This document shows, one piece after another, positions 32,099-43,418 of a stretch of 64,000 bases of DNA. The position numbers were made by a program, and so were the translations under genes. Origin of the DNA: Pseudomonadota bacterium (GTDB taxonomy: Bacteria; Pseudomonadota; Gammaproteobacteria; UBA5335); NCBI GenBank assembly GCA_045864775.1, contig BTVR01000002.1:867055-931054 (forward strand), in the 5' to 3' direction. Each line of letters opens with the position of its first letter. Within the stretch, counting starts at the first letter, position 1. The notes below the pieces were generated by a model. It made no database searches, had not been told where the DNA came from, and was given only the letters and a program-made list of their open reading frames with translations.

Positions 32099-33547
32099 TC
32101 AGCCCACGGCGCCTTCGAGCGACACGGACAATAGCTTCTGCGCCTCGACGGCGAACTCCATCGGCAGCACCTGGAACACGTCCTTGCAGAAACCGTTGAC
32201 GATCATGTTCACGGCATCCTCGGCGCTGATCCCGCGCTGGCGGCAATAAAAGAGCTGGTCCTCGCCGATGCGCGACGTTGTCGCCTCGTGCTCCACCTGG
32301 GCGCTGGGATTCTTGACCTCGATATACGGCACGGTGTGCGCGCCGCAGCGATCGCCCATCAGCAAGGAGTCGCACTGGGTGTGGTTGCGCGCGCCCTCGG
32401 CGCTCGGCAGCACTTTCACCAGGCCGCGATAGGTCTGCTGGCCCTGACGCGCCGAAATGCCCTTGGACACGATGGTGCTGCGCGTGTTCGGGCCGATGTG
32501 GATCATCTTCGTCCCGGTGTCGGCCTGCTGGTGGTTGTTGGTGGTGGCGACCGAGTAGAACTCGCCCACCGAGTCCGCTCCGCGCAGGATGCAGCTCGGA
32601 TATTTCCAGGTGATGGCCGAGCCGGTTTCCACCTGGGTCCAGGTGATCCTGGAGCGGTCGCCCCGGCAATCGCCGCGCTTGGTGACGAAGTTGTAAATGC
32701 CGCCTCGCCCCTGCTCGTCGCCGGGATACCAGTTCTGCACCGTCGAATACTTGATGGTCGCATCCTCCAGCGCCACCAGTTCGACCACGGCGGCATGGAG
32801 CTGGTTTTCATCGCGCATCGGTGCCGTGCAGCCCTCAAGGTAAGACACGTGGCTGCCGGCGTCGGCGATGATGAGCGTGCGCTCGAACTGGCCTGTGTTG
32901 GCCGCGTTGATGCGGAAATAGGTGGACAGCTCCATCGGGCAGCGCACGCCCGGCGGCACGTAGACGAACGAGCCGTCAGTGAACACGGCGGCGTTCAGCG
33001 CAGCGTAAAAATTGTCGGTGTGCGGGACCACCGAGCCGAGATACTGGCGCACCAGCTCCGGATGCTCGCGCACCGCCTCTGAAAAGGAGCAGAAGATGAC
33101 GCCCGCCTCGCGCAGCTTCTCCTTGAAGGTGGTGGCCACCGACACGCTGTCGAACACCGCGTCCACCGCCACCCCGGCCAGCCGCGCCCGCTCGTGCAGC
33201 GGAATCCCGAGCTTTTCGTAGGTTTCCAGCAGCTTGGGATCGACCTCGTCCAGGCTCTGCGGCGCGTCGGCACGGGATTTGGGCGCCGAGTAATAGGAAA
33301 TCGCCTGGTAATCGATGGGCGGATAGGCGACCTTGGCCCAGCGCGGTTCGCGCAAGGTCAGCCAGTGCCGATAGGCGGCGAGCCGCCATTCCAACAGGAA
33401 GGCGGGCTCTTCCTTCTTGGCCGAGATGAGGCGGATGACCGACTCATCGAGGCCCGGCGGCACGGTGTCCGCTTCGATGTCGGTGATGAAGCCCGCCACA
33501 TACTCGCGCTTGAGCAGGCGTTCCAGATCGTCCTTGCTCGATGCCAT
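32099..33547 (-). CDS. sufB: Fe-S cluster assembly scaffold SufB
   Basis: 482 aa with typical SufB blocks (..IYNFVTKRG.., ..[21 protein letters not shown]..). Confidence 0.95.
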   Translation of the reverse strand: MASSKDDLERLLKREYVAGFITDIEADTVPPGLDESVIRLISAKKEEPAFLLEWRLAAYRHWLTLREPRWAKVAYPPIDYQAISYYSAPKSRADAPQSLDEVDPKLLETYEKLGIPLHERARLAGVAVDAVFDSVSVATTFKEKLREAGVIFCSFSEAVREHPELVRQYLGSVVPHTDNFYAALNAAVFTDGSFVYVPPGVRCPMELSTYFRINAANTGQFERTLIIADAGSHVSYLEGCTAPMRDENQLHAAVVELVALEDATIKYSTVQNWYPGDEQGRGGIYNFVTKRGDCRGDRSRITWTQVETGSAITWKYPSCILRGADSVGEFYSVATTNNHQQADTGTKMIHIGPNTRSTIVSKGISARQGQQTYRGLVKVLPSAEGARNHTQCDSLLMGDRCGAHTVPYIEVKNPSAQVEHEATTSRIGEDQLFYCRQRGISAEDAVNMIVNGFCKDVFQVLPMEFAVEAQKLLSVSLEGAVG

Positions 33548-33586
33548 GTCAGCGTTCCTCTCGAATGAAATGGGGCGCGCGGCCCA

Positions 33587-34036
33587 TTACGATGCCGCCG
33601 CGGATGGGCGCGGCTCGTGCCAGTGCAGGCTGTGCACCGGGGCGCTCATGCGATCGAGCGTCACGCCCCGCAAGGCCGAGCGCACCGCGCCGCTGATGAG
33701 GTCCCAATGGCCGGGCAGGCTGCAATCGGCCTGCTGCGGACAGGCCTTGGCCGCGCGGCTGCACTCGGTCAGCCCGAAAGGGCCTTCTAGGGCCGCCACG
33801 ATGTCCAGCACGGAAATCGCCGCAGGCGGGCGCGCCAGACGATAACCGCCGGCCACACCGCGCACCGACTGCAGCAGCCCGGTCCGCGTCAGTGCCTTCA
33901 GCAGCTTGCTCACCGTGGGCAGCGCAATGCCACAGGCCGCCGCGATCTGCGCGCCGGTCTGCATGGCGTCGGGGTGGCGAGCCAGATGGGTCATCACCAC
34001 TACGGCGTAGTCGGTCATCTTGCCGATCCGGAGCAC
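33587..34036 (-). CDS. Rrf2-family (IscR/SufR-like) transcriptional regulator
   Basis: LRIGKMTDYAVVVMTHLA..IALPTVSKLLKALTRTGLLQSVRGVAGGYRLA, plus a Cys cluster (ECSRAAKACPQQADC). A GTG at 34036 after ggagga is preferred over the ATG at 34051, which sits inside the operator-like palindrome. Confidence 0.85.
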   Translation of the reverse strand: MLRIGKMTDYAVVVMTHLARHPDAMQTGAQIAAACGIALPTVSKLLKALTRTGLLQSVRGVAGGYRLARPPAAISVLDIVAALEGPFGLTECSRAAKACPQQADCSLPGHWDLISGAVRSALRGVTLDRMSAPVHSLHWHEPRPSAAAS

Positions 34037-34049
34037 GGCTCCTCCGGGC

Positions 34050-34073
34050 ATACGGGACTAAACTGGTCCCTAT
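34050..34073. promoter_or_regulatory. IscR type-1-like palindromic operator in the Rrf2-suf / cydAB divergent region
   Basis: atacGGGACtaaactGGTCCctat is a near-perfect inverted repeat. It resembles the IscR type-1 site pattern ATAsyyGACTrwwwyAGTCrrsTAT. Confidence 0.55.
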
Positions 34074-34231
34074 TGTGCCACAGCCCGCCACGCCGGTCAT
34101 GCCGCTCAGCACACGAACGGCGCGCGGCCCGCCTCTCTTGCAACCGCCTGCACCGCCGACGGGCACCCAGTACCCGCTCGGGCCGCGGATTAAGTATCCT
34201 GACGCTCCCGGTGGTTGCAGCGGAGCGCCTC

Positions 34232-35587
34232 ATGTCCTTCGATCCCGTCCTGCTGGCGCGGCTGCAATTCGCGCTCACCATCAGCTTCCACATCCTGTTT
34301 CCCACACTCACGATCGGCCTGGGGCTGTTCCTCGCGATTGTCGAGGGGCTGTGGCTGCGCACCGGGCGCGCGGTCTATCTCACGCTGTACCGCTTCTGGC
34401 TCAAGATCTTCGCGCTCTCCTTCGGCATGGGCGTGGTCTCGGGCGTCGTGCTCTCCTACCAGTTCGGTACCAATTTCGCGCGCTTTTCCGAGGCCACAGG
34501 CAACATCCTGGGCCCGCTGCTGGGCTACGAGGTGCTGACGGCGTTCTTTCTCGAGGCGAGCTTTCTGGGCGTCATGCTGTTCGGCATGAACCGGGTGCCG
34601 CCACGACTGCATTTCGCGGCCACCTGCATCGTCTCGGTCGGCACCATGATCTCGGCGTTCTGGATCCTGGCCGCGAGTTCGTGGATGCACACGCCGGCCG
34701 GCTATCGCGTGGTGGACGGCATTTTCTTCGTCGAGCGCTGGGTGGACGTGATCTTCAATCCCTCGTTCTTCTACCGTTTTCCGCACATGCTGCTGGCGTC
34801 TTTCCTGACCACCTCGCTCGTCGTCGCGGGCGTTTCTGCCTGGCATCTGCAGGACATCCGCACCGCCACCGTGGCGCGACCGGCTTTTTCGTTGGCCACG
34901 CTTGCGCTGGCGGTGCTGGCGCCGCTGCAGATCGTCATGGGCGATCTGCACGGCTTGCAGGTGCAGCGCGATCAGCCCATGAAGGTGGCGGCGATGGAGG
35001 GCTTGTGGGAGACCACGGCCGGCGCCCCGCTGCTGCTCTTCGCCTGGCCGGACCGGGCGGCCGAGCGCAACCATTTCGAAGTCGCGATCCCCAAGATGGC
35101 GAGCCTCCTGCTGCAGCACGACCCGGACGGCGTCGTGCGTGGCCTCAAGGACGTGGCCCCCGCCGATCGGCCGGTGGTGCCGGTGGTGTTCTTCAGCTTT
35201 CGCATCATGGTGGGCTTGGGCTTCTGGTTCCTGGCCCTCGGCGCACTGGGCCTGCTGCTGCGCTGGCGCGGCACGCTGTACAGCAACCGGCCCTATGCCC
35301 TGGCGTGCGTAATGAGTGCGCCGCTCGGCTTCGTCGCGACCCTGGCGGGATGGATCGTCACCGAAACCGGCCGCCAGCCGTGGATCGTGCAAGGCCTGAT
35401 GCGGACCTCGGAGGCCGTCTCCGACGTCCCGGCGCGCGCCATCGTCACGACGCTGTCGCTGTTCTTTGCCGTCTATGGAACGCTGCTCGTGGCCTATCTC
35501 TATTACCTGTCGAAGCTGGTCCGAAAAGGGCCGGATGCCTTGCCCGAACCGGCGCAGGGCGAGCCGCGCCGCACCGCCTGGATGTGA
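34232..35587 (+). CDS. cydA: Cytochrome bd-type quinol oxidase subunit I (short, CioA-like form)
   Basis: The start at 34232 gives MSFDPVLLARLQFALTISFHILFP. GWIVTETGRQPWIV is present. The 451-aa length indicates a short Q-loop. Confidence 0.92.
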   Translation: MSFDPVLLARLQFALTISFHILFPTLTIGLGLFLAIVEGLWLRTGRAVYLTLYRFWLKIFALSFGMGVVSGVVLSYQFGTNFARFSEATGNILGPLLGYEVLTAFFLEASFLGVMLFGMNRVPPRLHFAATCIVSVGTMISAFWILAASSWMHTPAGYRVVDGIFFVERWVDVIFNPSFFYRFPHMLLASFLTTSLVVAGVSAWHLQDIRTATVARPAFSLATLALAVLAPLQIVMGDLHGLQVQRDQPMKVAAMEGLWETTAGAPLLLFAWPDRAAERNHFEVAIPKMASLLLQHDPDGVVRGLKDVAPADRPVVPVVFFSFRIMVGLGFWFLALGALGLLLRWRGTLYSNRPYALACVMSAPLGFVATLAGWIVTETGRQPWIVQGLMRTSEAVSDVPARAIVTTLSLFFAVYGTLLVAYLYYLSKLVRKGPDALPEPAQGEPRRTAWM

Positions 35588-35593
35588 TGGGAG

Positions 35594-36613
35594 ATGCCGA
35601 CGATGGACGCGAGTTTCTGGATTCCGCTGATCTGGGCCGGCGTGCTGTGCCTGGGGCTGATGCTCTATGTGATCCTGGACGGCTTCGATCTGGGCATCGG
35701 CATCCTGTTCCCGTGGGGGCGCAACGATACGGAGCGCGACCTCATGATGAACAGCATCGCGCCGCACTGGGACGGCAACGAGACCTGGCTGGTGCTGGCC
35801 GGCGGCGGGCTGTTCGCGGCTTTTCCGAAGGCCTACGGCCTGCTCATGACGGCGCTGTACATCCCCATCCTGTTCATGCTGTTCGCGCTGGTGTTTCGCG
35901 GCGTGGCCTTCGAGTTCCGCTTCAAGGCCGAACGCAGCCGGGGGGTCTGGGACGTGGCCTTCAATCTGGGCTCGGTCGCCGCCGCCTTTTTCCAGGGCGT
36001 GGTGCTGGGCGCGTTCATCCAGGGCTTTGAGATCACCGACGGGCGGTTCACCGGCAACGTCATGGCCTGGATCAGCCCCTTCAGCCTGATGACCGGCTTT
36101 GCGCTGGTGTGCGGCTATGCCCTGCTCGGGGCCTGCTGGCTGGCGCTCAAGACCGACGGCGAGCTGCAGCGCTGGGCGTTTCATTCCGGCCAGGTCTTGC
36201 TGTTCGTGGTGCTGGCCTGGATCGCGATGGTGAGCGTCGCGACGCCATTCATGTCGGCGGAGGTGGCTCGGCGCTGGTTCAGCCTGCCCAATCTGTTCTG
36301 GCTGATGCCGGTGCCGATCCTCACCGCGGGCGTCGCCTGGATGCTGTGGCGCGCCCTGCGCCGGCAGGCGAGCCGGGCGCCCTTCGTGCTCACCATCACG
36401 CTGTTCGCCCTTGGCGCGTTCGGCCTTGCCGTGAGCCTGTGGCCCTACACCGTGCCGCGGGCGTACACGCTCTGGGAAACCGCCGCGCCGCCCGAATCGC
36501 AGGGTTTCCTGCTCATCGGCGCCCTGCCCCTGTTGCCGCTGATCCTGGGCTACACCGCTTACAACTACTGGGTATTTCGCGGCAAGGTCCGCCCCGGCAC
36601 CGGCTATCACTGA
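35594..36613 (+). CDS. cydB: Cytochrome bd-type quinol oxidase subunit II
   Basis: LYVILDGFDLGIGIL and WDGNETWLV are present, and it lies directly downstream of cydA. Confidence 0.92.
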   Translation: MPTMDASFWIPLIWAGVLCLGLMLYVILDGFDLGIGILFPWGRNDTERDLMMNSIAPHWDGNETWLVLAGGGLFAAFPKAYGLLMTALYIPILFMLFALVFRGVAFEFRFKAERSRGVWDVAFNLGSVAAAFFQGVVLGAFIQGFEITDGRFTGNVMAWISPFSLMTGFALVCGYALLGACWLALKTDGELQRWAFHSGQVLLFVVLAWIAMVSVATPFMSAEVARRWFSLPNLFWLMPVPILTAGVAWMLWRALRRQASRAPFVLTITLFALGAFGLAVSLWPYTVPRAYTLWETAAPPESQGFLLIGALPLLPLILGYTAYNYWVFRGKVRPGTGYH

Positions 36614-36640
36614 TTGTGCGCTCTCGTGGCGAGCCTTACA

Positions 36641-37429
36641 TCAGGCGGGAGATGGGGCGTGTGCATCGACCAGATCGGCGTCCTGCTCGAGCAGAACGCA
36701 CAGGGTTCGGGCGAGCCATCCAAGCCGCAGTTCGACGTCGGCGGTATCCATGCGGATGACCGGTGTGCTCGACGTCCCGCCGAAGTCGAGCGACTGGGCG
36801 GGCGGTGTGGGGGCGCCCATGTTGACTCGAATGATGCGCGGCAGATTGCCGCGATGGGTCATGCGGTTGCGGAATTCAACCCAGAAGGACCACTCAGCCG
36901 CAGCAATCAAGTCTCGCAAGGCGCGTTCGAGCCTGCTGGCCGCGGCAGGGGGCTGCAGCCAGTCTGCAAGCCGTGACGGATTGCACACACGCTGGCGCTG
37001 CACATCGAACGGCAGCGACAGGATGCTCGGATGACTGGCCAGCGCGGCCAGCGAATAGGTCATGGCCTCGATACACGACACACCGCTGGTGAACAGGCCG
37101 AACAGGGCGCGCTCCCAGCGGAAATTCGCCTCGTGCGATGGCTGCGCTTCCGATACTGCAAACCAGTTTTGATAAGCCTGCCAATCCTCGTGACAGGCAC
37201 GAAAGCGCCAGGCGATCAGGTTGGAGGCGCCCCCGAACTCCTTCTGAGCATCGGAGCCATACGGCGTTTCCAGCACACGTCGCGCCGCTTCCCGGTACCG
37301 CGTGAATGCCGTGCAGGGGAATGCGTCCGGCATGTCGAGGCCGTTTCCTGCGCAGTGCATGACCTTCGCGTCTCGATCGAAGCGGCTGAACCGGCGGATC
37401 AACGCCGTCCCAGCAACTTCAATCGGCAT
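36641..37429 (-). CDS. Orphan hypothetical protein with an RNxxxH (HEPN-like) motif
   Basis: 262-aa ORF, 54 nt downstream of rlmB on the same strand. A predicted-helical region ends in WVEFRNRMTHRG; the RNRMTH motif is encoded at 36854-36871. No family is confidently recognised. Confidence 0.5.
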   Translation of the reverse strand: MPIEVAGTALIRRFSRFDRDAKVMHCAGNGLDMPDAFPCTAFTRYREAARRVLETPYGSDAQKEFGGASNLIAWRFRACHEDWQAYQNWFAVSEAQPSHEANFRWERALFGLFTSGVSCIEAMTYSLAALASHPSILSLPFDVQRQRVCNPSRLADWLQPPAAASRLERALRDLIAAAEWSFWVEFRNRMTHRGNLPRIIRVNMGAPTPPAQSLDFGGTSSTPVIRMDTADVELRLGWLARTLCVLLEQDADLVDAHAPSPA

Positions 37430-37483
37430 CGGTCAAGACAGCTTGAGCGCTGATGAGGCGTCGTCCCGCCCCTGGCGAACCAC

Positions 37484-38215
37484 TCAGTCCGCTGTCAAAC
37501 GCCGGCGCCGGGTTTCGAACAGCACGATGCCGGCGGCGACCGACACGTTCAGGCTCTCGGCCGCGGCGTCCAGCGGAATGGTGACGCGCAGGTCGCAGGC
37601 TTCCTGCGTCAGACGCCTCAGGCCCGTGCCTTCGGCGCCGAGCACCCACACCAGCGGCCCGGACAGGTCGGCCTGATACAGGCTCTGGCTGGCATGGGCA
37701 TCGGCGCCGAGGATGCGGAAACCGGCATCCCCCAGCATGCGCAGCGTCCGCGCCAGATTGGTGACCTGGAACAGCGGCACGTGCTCGGCCGCGCCGACCG
37801 CCACCTTGCGCACCACCGGCGTCAAACCGGCGGCGCGGTCCACCGGGACGATCACCCCGCGCGCGCCGACGGCCCACGCCGTGCGCAGGCAGGCGCCGAG
37901 GTTGTGCGGGTCTTGCACGCCGTCGAGCGCCAGCAGCACGGGATCTGAGTCCCACGCGCCGAGACGTGCTTTCAGATCCGCCTCACCGAGGCGCTCGGCC
38001 GGCAGGGTCCAGGCGGCCAGGCCCTGATGACGCTGCCCCGGAAGGCGCGCGTCGAGATCGCGCCGGGCCATCGCGGCCACGGCGATCCCGCTGCGCGCGG
38101 CCAGTTCAATCAGCGTCGCGACGCGGTCCTCACGGCGGTTGTCCTGCACCCACACGGCCTGCACGCGGCCGGGCTCGGTTTCCAGCAACGCGGTCACGGC
38201 GTGCAGGCCGAACAC
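37484..38215 (-). CDS. rlmB: 23S rRNA (guanosine2251-2'-O)-methyltransferase RlmB
   Basis: The SpoU/TrmH motifs LDGVQDPHNLGACLRT, LVWVLGAEGTGL and IPLDAAAESLNVSVAAGI are present. The start is assumed to be the GTG at 38215 (VFGLHAV), because the long upstream extension overlaps the end of rnr. Confidence 0.88.
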   Translation of the reverse strand: MFGLHAVTALLETEPGRVQAVWVQDNRREDRVATLIELAARSGIAVAAMARRDLDARLPGQRHQGLAAWTLPAERLGEADLKARLGAWDSDPVLLALDGVQDPHNLGACLRTAWAVGARGVIVPVDRAAGLTPVVRKVAVGAAEHVPLFQVTNLARTLRMLGDAGFRILGADAHASQSLYQADLSGPLVWVLGAEGTGLRRLTQEACDLRVTIPLDAAAESLNVSVAAGIVLFETRRRRLTAD

Positions 38216-38255
38216 GGGCTCCGTTCCCGGCGGCGTGCCGATCGTCGGGGCCGCG

Positions 38256-40592
38256 TCAGTCCTTGGTCTTGGCTTTGGCCTTGCGCCGCTTGCGGGGCCG
38301 TCGGCGCTTGCCCTTGTCGGCTTCGTCGCCGCGCTGGGCCGTGGCTTCGTCCGGTTTCTGGACGGATCGGCCGTCGGTCCGGTTTTCTGCGTTGCCGGCT
38401 TTCGGGCTGCTTTCCGCCGGGGCGAGTTCGAAGTCGATTTTGCGTTCATCGAGGTTCACATTGATCAGGCGCACCCGCAGCCGGTCTCCGAGGCGGTAGA
38501 CGTGGCCGGAGCGCTCGCCGCGCAGGCGATGGTGGATGGGATCGTGCTGGTAGTAGTCGTTGGACAGCGAGGTGACGTGCACCAACCCCTCGACGTAGAC
38601 CTCGTCCAGCAACACGAACAGGCCGAAACCCGTGACGGCGTTGATGCGCCCCTCGAACACCTCGCCGATGCGCTCGAGCATGAACTCGCACTTGAGCCAG
38701 TCGACCACATCGCGCGTCGCCTCGTCGGCGCGCCGTTCGGTGAGCGAGCATTGCTCGGCGATGCGGTCGAGGTGCGCGGGCGTGAGCGGGTAGTTCTCCG
38801 CCGTTCCGCCGCGCAGCACATGGCGGATGCCGCGGTGCACGACGAGGTCGGGATAGCGGCGAATGGGCGAGGTGAAATGTGTGTAGGCGGCCAGCGCGAG
38901 GCCGAAGTGGCCGTCGTTGGAGACCGTGTACTCAGCCCGGCTCAGGGAACGCAGCAGCACCGGCTCGATGAGGTGGCGGTCCTCGCGCGCCTCCAGCGCG
39001 GTGAGCACCTTTGCGTAGTCCTGCGGCGCCGGCTTGTCGCTGCCGCCCAGGGAAAGGCCGAAACCGCCGAGAAACGCGCGCAGTTCCTCCAGGCGCTCGG
39101 CCGACGGCGGCGCATGCACGCGGTAGAGCGCCGGGATGCGGTGCTCGGTGAGGAAGCGCGCCGCGGCCACGTTGGCGGCGATCATGCACTCCTCGATCAT
39201 GCGATGGGCGTCATGCCGCAGAAAGGGCTTGATGCGCGCGATCTTGCGGTCGGGGCCGAACTCGATCACCGTCTCGGCGCTGCCGAAATCGAGCGCGCCG
39301 CGCCGTTCCCGCGCGGCCCGCAAGCGCTGATAGAGGCCGATCAGGTCGTCGAGGTGATCGACCAGATCCTTGAGCCGTTCGCGCGCCGCCGCGTCGCGCT
39401 CGATCGCCGCCTGCGCGAATTCGTCATAGGTCAGCCGCTGCGCCGAACGCATCACGCCCTCGAAAAAGCGGAAACGCCGGATCTCGCCATCGGGATCGAT
39501 CTCGAGCGCGCAGACCATGCACAAGCGGTCGACCTTGGGGTTGATGGAGCACAGACCGTTGGAAAGCACCTCCGGCAGCATGGGCACGACCTGCTGCGGG
39601 AAGTACACCGAGTTGCCGCGCTCGGCCGCTTCGGTATCCAGCGCATCGCCCGGCTGCACGTAGTGCCCGACATCCGCGATGGCGACCAGCAGCCGCCAGC
39701 CGCCCTGATCGTCCGGCTCGCAGTAGACGGCGTCGTCGAAATCGCGGGCGTCGGCGCCGTCCACGGTCACCAGCGGAATGCGGCGCAGGTCGACGCGGCC
39801 GGCCTTGTCGTGATTCTCCACCCGCGCGCCGAATCGGGCGCAGGCCGCTTCCACCGCCTCGGGCCACTGCGCGGGAACGCCATAGCTGCGAATCGCGATC
39901 TCGATTTCCATGCCCGGCGCCATGTGCTCGCCCAGCACCTCGCGAATGCGGCCGAGCGGCGGGCCGCGCTTGCTCGGCGGCTCGACGATGTCGGCCACCA
40001 CGATCTGGTTGTCCTGCACTTCGCCCTGCCATTCGGCGGGGATGACGACCTGATGGGTCAGGCGGGGATTTTCGGGCAGGACGAAGCCCACCCCGCGCTC
40101 GCGGTAGAACCGGCCGACGACCTGCTGGGTGTTGCGTTCCAGCACCTCCACGACCACGCCTTCCCGGCGGCCCCGGCGGTCCTCGCCGCGGATGCGCACC
40201 AGCACGCGGTCGCCATGGAACAGCTCGCGCATCTGGCGCGCCGGCAGGAAGATGTCGTCGCCGGCATCTTCGGGCACCAGAAAACCGAAGCCGTCGCGAT
40301 GCGCGATGACGCGTCCGCGCACCAGGTGCATGCGATCGATCAGTCCATAGGCGCCCTTGCGGTTGATGGCCAGCTCGCCGTCCCGGACCATGGCGGCGAG
40401 CCGCCGCTCCACGCCTTCGAGCGCCTCGGCGCCCGTGATCCCGCCGCGCTCGATGATCGCTTCGCGACCGAGCGGTTCACCGGCCTCGGTCAACAGCATC
40501 CGCAGGTATTCGCGGCTGGGAGCGGGCTGCGGATACTTCAGGCGCTCCTGTTCGTAGTGGGGATCGCGGGATTGCCAATCAGCTTCAGCCAT
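38256..40592 (-). CDS. rnr: Ribonuclease R
   Basis: 778 aa with cold-shock-like domains, the RNB domain (..DGADARDFDDAVY..), an S1 domain and a Lys/Arg-rich tail. Confidence 0.95.
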   Translation of the reverse strand: MAEADWQSRDPHYEQERLKYPQPAPSREYLRMLLTEAGEPLGREAIIERGGITGAEALEGVERRLAAMVRDGELAINRKGAYGLIDRMHLVRGRVIAHRDGFGFLVPEDAGDDIFLPARQMRELFHGDRVLVRIRGEDRRGRREGVVVEVLERNTQQVVGRFYRERGVGFVLPENPRLTHQVVIPAEWQGEVQDNQIVVADIVEPPSKRGPPLGRIREVLGEHMAPGMEIEIAIRSYGVPAQWPEAVEAACARFGARVENHDKAGRVDLRRIPLVTVDGADARDFDDAVYCEPDDQGGWRLLVAIADVGHYVQPGDALDTEAAERGNSVYFPQQVVPMLPEVLSNGLCSINPKVDRLCMVCALEIDPDGEIRRFRFFEGVMRSAQRLTYDEFAQAAIERDAAARERLKDLVDHLDDLIGLYQRLRAARERRGALDFGSAETVIEFGPDRKIARIKPFLRHDAHRMIEECMIAANVAAARFLTEHRIPALYRVHAPPSAERLEELRAFLGGFGLSLGGSDKPAPQDYAKVLTALEAREDRHLIEPVLLRSLSRAEYTVSNDGHFGLALAAYTHFTSPIRRYPDLVVHRGIRHVLRGGTAENYPLTPAHLDRIAEQCSLTERRADEATRDVVDWLKCEFMLERIGEVFEGRINAVTGFGLFVLLDEVYVEGLVHVTSLSNDYYQHDPIHHRLRGERSGHVYRLGDRLRVRLINVNLDERKIDFELAPAESSPKAGNAENRTDGRSVQKPDEATAQRGDEADKGKRRRPRKRRKAKAKTKD

Positions 40593-40642
40593 TCAGGATG
40601 TCCATGAAAAAAATATCGCCTCAAGGTCGCGCATTGTGCCCG

Positions 40643-40671
40643 TTGACAAGCGCTTTGGGGAGTCTTAAAGT
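40643..40671 (+). promoter_or_regulatory. Putative sigma70 promoter of tRNA-Leu
   Basis: ttgaca (40643-40648) is followed by a 17-nt spacer and taaagt (40666-40671), about 40 nt upstream of the tRNA. Confidence 0.6.
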
Positions 40672-40713
40672 TCGCAGCCCACGGGAATGGTGCCTCATAC
40701 GCCACCCCGCAGG

Positions 40714-40800
40714 GCCGAGATGGCGGAATTGGTAGACGCGCTAGTTTCAGGTACTAGTGGGGGAAACCCCGTGGAGGTTCAAGTCCTCTTCTCGGCACCA
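40714..40800 (+). tRNA. tRNA-Leu (anticodon CAG), CCA encoded
   Basis: The acceptor stem is gccgaga/tctcggc. The anticodon stem ctagt/actag carries loop ttCAGgt. A long variable arm, the T-loop ggttcaagtcc and a 3' acca are present. Confidence 0.93.
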
Positions 40801-40814
40801 CCCTGATTTTAATG

Positions 40815-40847
40815 AAAAAAGGCTTTCCGGTCCGGAAAGCCTTTTTT
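40815..40847. terminator. Bidirectional rho-independent terminator (tRNA-Leu / purA)
   Basis: aaaaaa ggctttcc ggtcc ggaaagcc tttttt. Confidence 0.85.
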
Positions 40848-40872
40848 GTTGCGACCGCCCCATCCGGCCCAT

Positions 40873-42207
<1,335 letters not shown>

Positions 42208-43401
42208 TCAGGGATTCCACGCCTCGACGCGCCATTGGTCATGCTGCCCCGTGAGGCGGCGATCGATGCCAGGGGCGCTCGGCGGCTCATTATCCACGGT
42301 CAGCGCGCGCACCACCCGCTCGCCCTGATGACGCAGCGCCGCCACGGCCGCCTCGAGCGCGGCATCCTCGCCCGCCGCCGGCGCCCAGATGGCCCCGGCC
42401 CGTGGGTCGGCAGGCGCGCGGCCGGCCGCGTGGAGGACATGCAGATCGGCACTGAAGCCGGTCGCCGGGCGGGCGCGGCCGAACACCTCGCCCACGTGAT
42501 CATACCGGCCGCCGCGCGCCAGATCCTGGCCGCGGCCCGGCTGAAAGGCGGCAAACACCACGCCGGTGTGATAGTCGTAGCCCCGCAGCTCTGCGAGATC
42601 CAGATGCACGGTCACCGCGGGATAGCGCGCCGCGACGCGCTCGGCCAGTGTGGCCAGCTCGGCGAGCGCCGCCGCGACGCCGGCTCCGGCCGTGGCCAGC
42701 ACCGTCCGCGCCCGCACCATCACCTCCGGCGGGCCGTTGAGATCAGGCAGGGCCCAAAGCCAAGCGGCGACCTCGCGCGGCATCGGGTGCGCCTCCAGAA
42801 ACTGACGCAGTTCCGGCATGGCCTTGCGCTGGAGCAGATGGAACAGGAGTTGTTCGTCGCCGGCCGCGAGACCAGCGTCACGGACCAGCGCGCGATAGAT
42901 GCCGACATGTCCCAGATCCAGATGCAGGTCGTCGACACCGGCGCGCAGCAGCATCTCGAGCATCAGCGACATGGCCTCCAGATCGCTGCCCAGCCCGGCG
43001 TCGCCGAAGAGCTCGGCGCCGATTTGCAGGGGGCACCGCGACCCGCCACGCGCGTCCGGGCGCGCGTGCAGCACGGGCCCCAGATAGCAGAGTCGCCGCG
43101 GGCCCTCGCCCTCCAGCACCTGCGCGTCGATGCGCGCGGCCTGCGGCGTGATGTCCGCCCGCACGCCCATGAGCCGCCCGCTGACCTGGTCGGTGATCTT
43201 GAAGGTCTCCAGGTCCAGATGCCGGCCCGTTCCGGTCAGCAGGGATTCCAGATACTCGATCAGGGGTGGATCGATGGCATCGTAGCCCCACGACCAGAAC
43301 AGGTCCATGAGGGCGCGACCGAGCAGGTCCAGCTCGCGCGCTGCGGGCGGCAGCACCTGCGTCACGGCGTCGGGCAAAAGCCAGGGATTGTGTTTGCGCA
43401 T
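42208..43401 (-). CDS. hisZ: ATP phosphoribosyltransferase regulatory subunit HisZ
   Basis: HisRS-like fold without an anticodon domain (WLLPDAV..LPPAAR..). The hisZ-purA arrangement downstream of hflKC is conserved. Confidence 0.88.
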   Translation of the reverse strand: MRKHNPWLLPDAVTQVLPPAARELDLLGRALMDLFWSWGYDAIDPPLIEYLESLLTGTGRHLDLETFKITDQVSGRLMGVRADITPQAARIDAQVLEGEGPRRLCYLGPVLHARPDARGGSRCPLQIGAELFGDAGLGSDLEAMSLMLEMLLRAGVDDLHLDLGHVGIYRALVRDAGLAAGDEQLLFHLLQRKAMPELRQFLEAHPMPREVAAWLWALPDLNGPPEVMVRARTVLATAGAGVAAALAELATLAERVAARYPAVTVHLDLAELRGYDYHTGVVFAAFQPGRGQDLARGGRYDHVGEVFGRARPATGFSADLHVLHAAGRAPADPRAGAIWAPAAGEDAALEAAVAALRHQGERVVRALTVDNEPPSAPGIDRRLTGQHDQWRVEAWNP

Positions 43402-43418
43402 GAAGGCCGGACCTTTTG

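Noticed and set aside
37484-38449. Full 321-aa version of the rlmB ORF with a Lys/Pro/Arg-rich N-terminal extension.
   Set aside because: The extension overlaps the 3' end of rnr in another frame and mirrors its basic tail. RlmB homologues are about 245 aa, and a GTG at 38215 gives that length.
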